This document shows positions 17,034-22,177 of a stretch of 22,177 nt of DNA, piece after piece. Every line of letters begins with the position of its first letter. The first letter of the stretch is position 1. The DNA is taken from IMG/VR virus record IMGVR_UViG_2868841959_000003. One strand, 5' to 3'. A program made the translations under genes and the position numbers. Below the pieces are notes generated by a model that saw nothing but the letters and a program-made list of their open reading frames with translations, was not told the DNA's origin and searched no databases. The stretch comes from an uncultured virus (IMG/VR IMGVR_UViG_2868841959_000003) (Duplodnaviria; Heunggongvirae; Uroviricota; Caudoviricetes).

Positions 17034-17062
17034 GAAGCCAGAGGCCGTACACCTTTGGCTTC
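17034..17062. promoter_or_regulatory. Hairpin downstream of YmfL-like gene
   Basis: GAAGCCAGAGG / CCTTTGGCTTC stem; function unknown. Confidence 0.4.
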
Positions 17063-17085
17063 ACCCTTTCTGGATATAGCCATCT

Positions 17086-17544
17086 TTAATTTCTCTTTTG
17101 ATGTAACGAAACAAACGCATTCATAAATGTACGGATCTGCGAAATTAATCCATCCAACATCATTTTTATCTTTTGCTCTTCTTCGTTATCAATAACGCCA
17201 TCAGCCAAGCTATCTTTCATGAATAAAGCTAAACGCCCCTGCATTTCGTCAACACCACTACGCAGTACAAACAATTCCGTTTCATCCAGTTCCGCAGGAC
17301 TAATTCTGTCAACGAGTAAACGATTTGATTCACGAGCGACAAATTCAGCAAATAAAACGGTCTTAGATATATCTTGCATCGCTAACAACTCGTTTAAATC
17401 AAATGAGCGACAACCGTTTTTCTCATAAAGCTTGTTGTTGAATGATGTTAAAGACAGACCTAGTGCTCCAGCCATTGCCTCTCGTCCACCAGCTGTCGCA
17501 TCACACATTTCTTTCACTACCTGTTTTATTGATTGGTTACTCAT
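17086..17544 (-). CDS. YmfL-family (CII-position) regulatory protein
   Basis: GGREAMAGALG....FNNKLYEKNGCR.F and DGVID..E motifs; follows cro. Confidence 0.85.
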   Translation of the reverse strand: MSNQSIKQVVKEMCDATAGGREAMAGALGLSLTSFNNKLYEKNGCRSFDLNELLAMQDISKTVLFAEFVARESNRLLVDRISPAELDETELFVLRSGVDEMQGRLALFMKDSLADGVIDNEEEQKIKMMLDGLISQIRTFMNAFVSLHQKRN

Positions 17545-17612
17545 TTCCTACCACCATTGATAAATTCTTGTAGTTAACTGCTTTAAACGGTTTTGTTATT
17601 TTGTGGTTATAG

Positions 17613-17825
17613 CTATTGAGCTAGTAACTCACTTAATTCAGGAGAAATGTCTTGTGCACGAACTTGGTGACTTGTCGCTTTTACAATTTTCACGACATAT
17701 TTAGAATCCATTCCACCACCATGAAGCCAACGCCATACTGTTGGTTGAGACACTCCACATAAAGCAGCTAGCTTTTGTTGACTTCCAACAATGCTTATCG
17801 CTTTTTCAATAGCCTTGTTTTTCAT
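17613..17825 (-). CDS. Cro-like HTH regulator
   Basis: GSQQKLA..CGVSQPTVWRW HTH; GAGGT SD before ATG 17825; divergent from cI. Confidence 0.9.
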   Translation of the reverse strand: MKNKAIEKAISIVGSQQKLAALCGVSQPTVWRWLHGGGMDSKYVVKIVKATSHQVRAQDISPELSELLAQ

Positions 17826-17856
17826 AAATAACCTCAAACGTATAAAAGATGGATAA

Positions 17857-17934
17857 ATAATAGCAATGAGTATTAAAATATTCAATAGCGATTGCGATTT
17901 GATTTTCAATACTCAAACTTATAAATTCCGAGAC
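17857..17934. promoter_or_regulatory. OR region: pR, pRM and operators
   Basis: pR (minus) TTGAAT-17-TATTAT; pRM (plus) TTGATT(17899)-17-TAAATT(17922); 16-bp operators AATAGCAATGAGTATT (17859) and AATAGCGATTGCGATT (17884). Confidence 0.7.
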
Positions 17935-18528
17935 ATGAAAACGACAATTGCAGAACGCTTGAAATTAGCGATGAAAACAAGAGGAAATATGACGCAAGCT
18001 GCTTTAGCAGAAGCGTCTGGTGTTGCACAACCAACAATTTGGAGATTGGTTAATGGCAATGCGAAAGGTTCTTCTAAATTAGTGGATATTGCTAATGCAT
18101 TAGCTGTCAATATTGACTGGCTGGCTAATGGTGTGGGTGATATGGAATCTCCAAACTCGACTCCTCAGTTTAGGGCTGATAGATCGCTAGAAATACCGGT
18201 ATGGGATGAGAATGGCTATACAGGAGATGCAATCTTATCACCTGTAGGAAAACCTCTAAAAACATATAAAGCTTATATACTTAAGAAAAATAGTGGGTGT
18301 TCAGAAGCCCCTGCTGGCAGTATTGCTATAGTTGATACTCATCTGCAACCAGGCACTGATGATCTAGTTATTGCTCAAATTGGTAACTCTTTTTCTGTTT
18401 ATAAATTCCTTGAAGGTGGTACTCAAGGTTTCCTTGCTGTTGATGATTCACGAGTCCCTTTAATTGATATTTCATCTAGTGTTTTACTTGGGGTTGTTGT
18501 TTTTCTTGTTCGCGATTTTAGAAGATAG
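17935..18528 (+). CDS. CI-like repressor (HTH plus degenerate S24-like C-terminal domain)
   Basis: ERLK..M....TQAALA..SGVAQPTIWRL HTH sharing the QPT.WR recognition helix with Cro; divergent layout. Confidence 0.9.
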   Translation: MKTTIAERLKLAMKTRGNMTQAALAEASGVAQPTIWRLVNGNAKGSSKLVDIANALAVNIDWLANGVGDMESPNSTPQFRADRSLEIPVWDENGYTGDAILSPVGKPLKTYKAYILKKNSGCSEAPAGSIAIVDTHLQPGTDDLVIAQIGNSFSVYKFLEGGTQGFLAVDDSRVPLIDISSSVLLGVVVFLVRDFRR

Positions 18529-18602
18529 TCCTCACACTTTGCTCTACTAATGACTATCTTCCTATACGAACCTACTCCTACCCTTTCTAAAATTTCCACC
18601 AT
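18423..18602 (-). CDS. Putative 59-aa basic ORF convergent on cI, downstream of LexA box
   Basis: AAGGA SD; MVEILERVGVGSYRKIVISRAKCEDYLLKSRTRK... Confidence 0.4.
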   Translation of the reverse strand: MVEILERVGVGSYRKIVISRAKCEDYLLKSRTRKTTTPSKTLDEISIKGTRESSTARKP

Positions 18603-18630
18603 TCCATGATCCTTTAAGATACCATTACCA

Positions 18631-18646
18631 CTGTTTATATATACAG
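18631..18646. promoter_or_regulatory. LexA (SOS) box
   Basis: CTG-TTTATATATA-CAG, with palindrome extending to ACCACTG...CAGTGGT. Confidence 0.85.
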
Positions 18647-18793
18647 TGGTTAACTATAATGCAAATATTCTTTATTGAAATCAAGCGATATTACCTCAAT
18701 CAAAAAATAATACCTTAGAGTATTTTTTATTTTTTTATACTTATATTCCATTTAAAATCAATGAAATAAGCAAATATATAACCAATAAGATAA

Positions 18794-18830
18794 AATAGCA
18801 TTTGCTATTATTAATACTCATTGCTATATT
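18794..18830 (+). promoter_or_regulatory. OL region: pL and operators
   Basis: TTGCTA(18802)-17-TATATT(18825); operators AATAGCATTTGCTATT (18794) and AATACTCATTGCTATA (18813, near reverse complement of the OR site); a further site at 18709-18724. Confidence 0.75.
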
Positions 18831-18939
18831 TTAAGCATATAGCAAACTGAGTTCTAATTTCGAGTTTTGGTGAACGTAAATGATTTTTATGTGTGAAGAG
18901 AACGTGTGAAGAGAATCAGTTGTGTGGAGGGGAATTGGC

Positions 18940-19164
18940 GTGAGTAATGGAAACGTAGTTGAACTTAAAGTGAATGGCGCCACGGTCTGTTATTTGAATA
19001 CGACAAGCGCCATATCAATTGATTACTTGTCATTTATTGATAAAACAATTGAGATTTTAATGAATGATAAAACATCATTAGAGCTAGAAGCAAATACTAA
19101 GGGTAAAACACTTAATCATGAGCATTCAGCATTCTCGACAATTAAAGATCCCAAAGGTCTTTAA
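18940..19164 (+). CDS. Hypothetical protein, first gene of left operon
   Basis: GGAGG SD before GTG 18940; follows pL. Confidence 0.6.
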   Translation: MSNGNVVELKVNGATVCYLNTTSAISIDYLSFIDKTIEILMNDKTSLELEANTKGKTLNHEHSAFSTIKDPKGL

Positions 19165-19375
19165 TAAAAGAATCAACTCTAATTGTCGTACTGCCTTTAG
19201 ATGCTTTTAAAAAATACTCAACCACATTATCAGGTAGATTGGTGTTCCATTTATCATAAGAATATTTAGGAAAATATTCATTAAAAATACTTTGTACTGA
19301 ATATTCGCCACCTTTTATATCTGAAATCATATTGCACTGATAGAGACACTTTGCAATTAACGTTGATTTAAGCAT
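19142..19375 (-). CDS. Hypothetical 77-aa protein antisense to left operon
   Basis: MLKSTLIAKCLYQC... protein-like composition; purine-rich leader. Confidence 0.65.
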   Translation of the reverse strand: MLKSTLIAKCLYQCNMISDIKGGEYSVQSIFNEYFPKYSYDKWNTNLPDNVVEYFLKASKGSTTIRVDSFIKDLWDL

Positions 19376-19413
19376 TTTATTTTCTCTTGGTTGTGTAAGA
19401 ACTTCCAAGAATA

Positions 19414-19446
19414 CCACCACCGCCTGAGGTGGAAAAATAATCAGGC
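19414..19446 (+). ncRNA. Predicted H-type RNA pseudoknot
   Basis: Stem 1 CCACC/GGTGG, stem 2 GCCTGA/TCAGGC, interleaved, A-rich loop. Confidence 0.55.
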
Positions 19447-19558
19447 ACAATATTTGAAGTGTAAATCCATTTTTATTTTTTATTAGCAACACCAGGGAAA
19501 TTTAATCTCGATTAATTCGAGAGGAATTCTTATTACCTAAAAATTGTGTGGAGAGAAT

Positions 19559-20092
19559 ATGTCTTATATTGCAACAGCAACAAATAAACATTTCTATTAT
19601 CTCGATGTACGGATCGAAGATATAGATATTCAAGATATTGCCAGTGGCCTTGCTAATGAATGTCGTTTTAATGGGCAGATTGATAATTTCTATTCTGTTG
19701 CTCAGCACTCTGTATATGTCAGCTATTTAGTTGCACCTGAATATGCTTTAGAAGCCCTACTTCATGATGCCAGTGAAGCCTATGTCAAAGACCTGTCATC
19801 ACCACTTAAAAAGCTATTGCCTGAATATAAATTAATTGAATTACGTGTAGAAAAGATGATCCGCAAAAAGTTTGGGCTACCTGAATCTAAATCTGATGCG
19901 GTTCATTTTGCTGACTTAATGATGTTAGCCACAGAAAAGCGTGATTTAGAAATTGATACAGGTAGTAACTGGTTAATGCTTGAAGGTATTCCAGCAAGTG
20001 ATTTTGTTGTTAACCCACTAACACCCCCACAAGCAAAAGCCTTATTCCTCCGCCGTTTTAATGAACTTTATAAGGGAACTGAAAATGGCTAA
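19559..20092 (+). CDS. HD-domain 5'-deoxynucleotidase-like protein (YfdR/YfbR-like)
   Basis: DIA..L...CRF.G...[26 protein letters not shown] motifs. Confidence 0.9.
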   Translation: MSYIATATNKHFYYLDVRIEDIDIQDIASGLANECRFNGQIDNFYSVAQHSVYVSYLVAPEYALEALLHDASEAYVKDLSSPLKKLLPEYKLIELRVEKMIRKKFGLPESKSDAVHFADLMMLATEKRDLEIDTGSNWLMLEGIPASDFVVNPLTPPQAKALFLRRFNELYKGTENG

Positions 20093-20501
20093 CGGATCAG
20101 TAAACAAAGTAATTCTTATTGGCAATTTAGGGCGTGATCCTGAAATTCGTTATCATCCCTCTGGTGGTGCTGTTGCTAATTTAGCTGTGGCCACATCAGA
20201 AAAATGGCGCGATAAACAAACGGGTGAAAATCGCGAAAAAACAGAATGGCATCGTGTCGTTTTGTTTGGAAAGCTTGCAGATATCGCCAGTGGCTATTTG
20301 TGTAAAGGCTCACAAGTTTATATCGAAGGACAACTGCAAACACGGGAATGGGATGATAACGGTGTTAAGCGTTACACAACTGAAGTTGTTGTAAAGGTTG
20401 GTGGCTCGATGCAGATGCTAGGTGGTGCAATTAAATCGACAGCTTCACAGACAACACCACTATCACAACCACCCGTAGGTTTTGAAGATATTCCATTTTA
20501 A
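20085..20501 (+). CDS. ssb: Single-stranded DNA-binding protein with short linker
   Basis: [23 protein letters not shown]-terminal EDIPF. Confidence 0.95.
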   Translation: MANGSVNKVILIGNLGRDPEIRYHPSGGAVANLAVATSEKWRDKQTGENREKTEWHRVVLFGKLADIASGYLCKGSQVYIEGQLQTREWDDNGVKRYTTEVVVKVGGSMQMLGGAIKSTASQTTPLSQPPVGFEDIPF

Positions 20502-20659
20502 GTAAAGTAAGTAAAAGCGATAACAAAGACAACGATGGTTACAATAAAAACTAGCGATATACCAACGACTAAATCAAGTAATGTGCTAGATATTTTTTCT
20601 ATTTTATCTAGCTCAGAATCATCATTTAAATCTTTGTTTTCTTTTCTATTACCAAACAT
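20498..20659 (-). CDS. 53-aa tail-anchored membrane protein, antisense moron
   Basis: [53 protein letters not shown]; stop overlaps ssb stop in TTAA. Confidence 0.6.
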   Translation of the reverse strand: MFGNRKENKDLNDDSELDKIEKISSTLLDLVVGISLVFIVTIVVFVIAFTYFT

Positions 20660-20826
20660 ATATAAATTTCAATTAAAGTTACATTTTGTTTAACTATCTT
20701 AGTTAATCAATCAAATTATTCAACTTAAATAAAATAATTAAGATATACAAACACCAAATGGCTACTAGCTATTAGCATTAACTAATATCTATTTAAACTG
20801 TGTACGGACAGTGTGGAGAGAAAAAT

Positions 20827-21069
20827 ATGCAAATGTTGACTTTAGAGGAGTGGGCACAAGAAAGATATAAAAGTCGCCCACCAAAGTTAGGAACGCTACA
20901 ACGATATGCTCGTGGTGGCCTGTTCTACCCACCAGCAAGGAAAGAAGGTGGCATTTGGCGCGTGAGAGAAGATGCCGACCTTGTCGGTAATTTGACATCA
21001 CCGGTTATCAATAACAACGATAATCCAATTTTACAAAGGATCCTCAAAGATGGCTGCCAGACCTCGTAA
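20827..21069 (+). CDS. xis: Excisionase
   Basis: LTLEEWA..Y..PP...TL.RYAR.G...PPA.K.G..WRV; overlaps int start. Confidence 0.9.
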   Translation: MQMLTLEEWAQERYKSRPPKLGTLQRYARGGLFYPPARKEGGIWRVREDADLVGNLTSPVINNNDNPILQRILKDGCQTS

Positions 21070-22177
21070 GAATAACGTCAATATCCCTAACCTTTACCCA
21101 TTATTTAGTCGTAAAGCTAACAAGGTTTATTGGCGTTACCGCCATCCTGTAACAGGTAAATATCATGCCCTCGGTGATAATGAAGCCGAGGCGAAAGCAA
21201 TCGCTATTGAAGCTAACACAAGGTTAGCGGAACAACGTAGCCGACAAGTTATGGCTATTAGTGATCGAGTAGCAAAAATTAAAGGTAAGGAAATCACGGT
21301 TAATACTTGGTTAGATAAATACTGGGTTATTCAAGGAGAGCGTTTAAAGGAAGGTGATATAAAACCGAATACTTATAAACAAAAAAGGAAGCCGGTAGAT
21401 TTAATGAGACAAGCCTTATCCATGAAACCATTACCCGCTGTTGATGCCAGAGATATTGCTGAAATTCTGGATGAATATAAATCTAATGGCCAACACAGAA
21501 TGGCGCAAGTTATTCGCTCTGTTTTAATTGATGTATTTAAAGAAGCACAACATGCAGGTGAAGTTCCTCCCGGTTATAACCCTGCCCTCGCTACTAAACA
21601 GCCAAAACGAAAAGTAACTCGCCAACGCCTTAATTTTGATGAATGGAAAAAGATATTTGAGATTGCTGATAAACAACATCGTTATATGGGAAATGCCATG
21701 TTACTTGCACTTATTACAGGCCAACGATTAGGTGATATTTCCGCAATGAAGTTTAGTGATATTTGGGATGATCATTTGCATATTACTCAAGAAAAAACGG
21801 GTACTAAATTAGCTATTCCATTATCACTACGTTCTGAGCAATTAAATATGTCATTACGTGATGTTGTTGCCCGCTGTCGTGATCGCGTTATTAGCCCTTA
21901 TCTTATTCATTATTTTCATACCACTTCACAATCCAAACGTGGCGAACAAGTTACTGCAAATACGTTAACGACTAATTTTAAAAAGGCGAGAAATAAAACG
22001 GATATTGATTGGGGAGAAGGAACACCTGCAACGTTTCACGAACAACGATCTTTATCTGAAAGGTTATATAGAGCACAAGGTATAAATACTAAAGATTTAC
22101 TCGGTCATAAGAACCAAATTCAAACAGATAAATACCATGATGATCGAGGAAAAGATTGGATAAAAATCGTGATTTAA
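21050..22177 (+). CDS. int: Tyrosine integrase, lambda-like
   Basis: Arm-binding N-terminus, TGQRLGD, QEKTG, FHEQRSLS, LLGH, KYHDDRG. Confidence 0.97.
   Translation: MAARPRKNNVNIPNLYPLFSRKANKVYWRYRHPVTGKYHALGDNEAEAKAIAIEANTRLAEQRSRQVMAISDRVAKIKGKEITVNTWLDKYWVIQGERLKEGDIKPNTYKQKRKPVDLMRQALSMKPLPAVDARDIAEILDEYKSNGQHRMAQVIRSVLIDVFKEAQHAGEVPPGYNPALATKQPKRKVTRQRLNFDEWKKIFEIADKQHRYMGNAMLLALITGQRLGDISAMKFSDIWDDHLHITQEKTGTKLAIPLSLRSEQLNMSLRDVVARCRDRVISPYLIHYFHTTSQSKRGEQVTANTLTTNFKKARNKTDIDWGEGTPATFHEQRSLSERLYRAQGINTKDLLGHKNQIQTDKYHDDRGKDWIKIVI

Larger units (their letters stand above)
1..22177. mobile_element. Lambdoid prophage (integrase to tail genes; remainder outside window)
   Basis: Continuous int-xis-immunity-replication-Q-lysis-head-tail gene order. 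Confidence 0.96.

Noticed and set aside
17826..17934. Long N-terminal extensions of Cro and CI given in the ORF track
   Set aside because: They run across the operator/promoter region; SD and promoter spacing support starts at 17825 and 17935
20798..20811. CTGTGTACGGACAG upstream of xis as a second LexA box
   Set aside because: Spacing is CTG-N8-CAG rather than N10
22140..22177. Attachment site
   Set aside because: The window ends at the integrase stop, so att cannot be seen

Overview
The window is the left ~22 kb of an integrated lambdoid siphovirus prophage with an HK97-like head and SfV/ST64B-like early genes, in AT-rich DNA (roughly 38-40% GC by eye; a Proteus/Morganellaceae host is inferred, not proven). 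Read right to left it holds: integrase and excisionase; a short left operon (ssb, HD-domain YfdR-like protein, hypotheticals); cI/cro/YmfL immunity region with operators and a LexA box; replication initiator with internal iterons; RusA; DUF968; antiterminator Q; a stress-gene moron (cold-shock protein, ATT-start YmcF-like protein, 35-aa membrane peptide, aberrant tRNA-like element, PsiE); a holin/SAR-endolysin/spanin lysis cassette; a mosaic interval with a CsbD-like moron, a 70-bp direct repeat and gene relics; HNH, cos region, terminase, portal, protease, capsid, neck and tail genes, cut off at the left edge. The most unusual items are the tRNA-like RNA whose loop resolves to a UUA (ochre-reading) anticodon alongside three in-frame TAA interruptions nearby, a LexA box paired with an apparently non-cleavable CI and an antisense small ORF, a clean H-type pseudoknot in the left operon, and several small membrane ORFs missing from the ORF track. 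Family assignments are from recognition of motifs and gene order; no searches were run.
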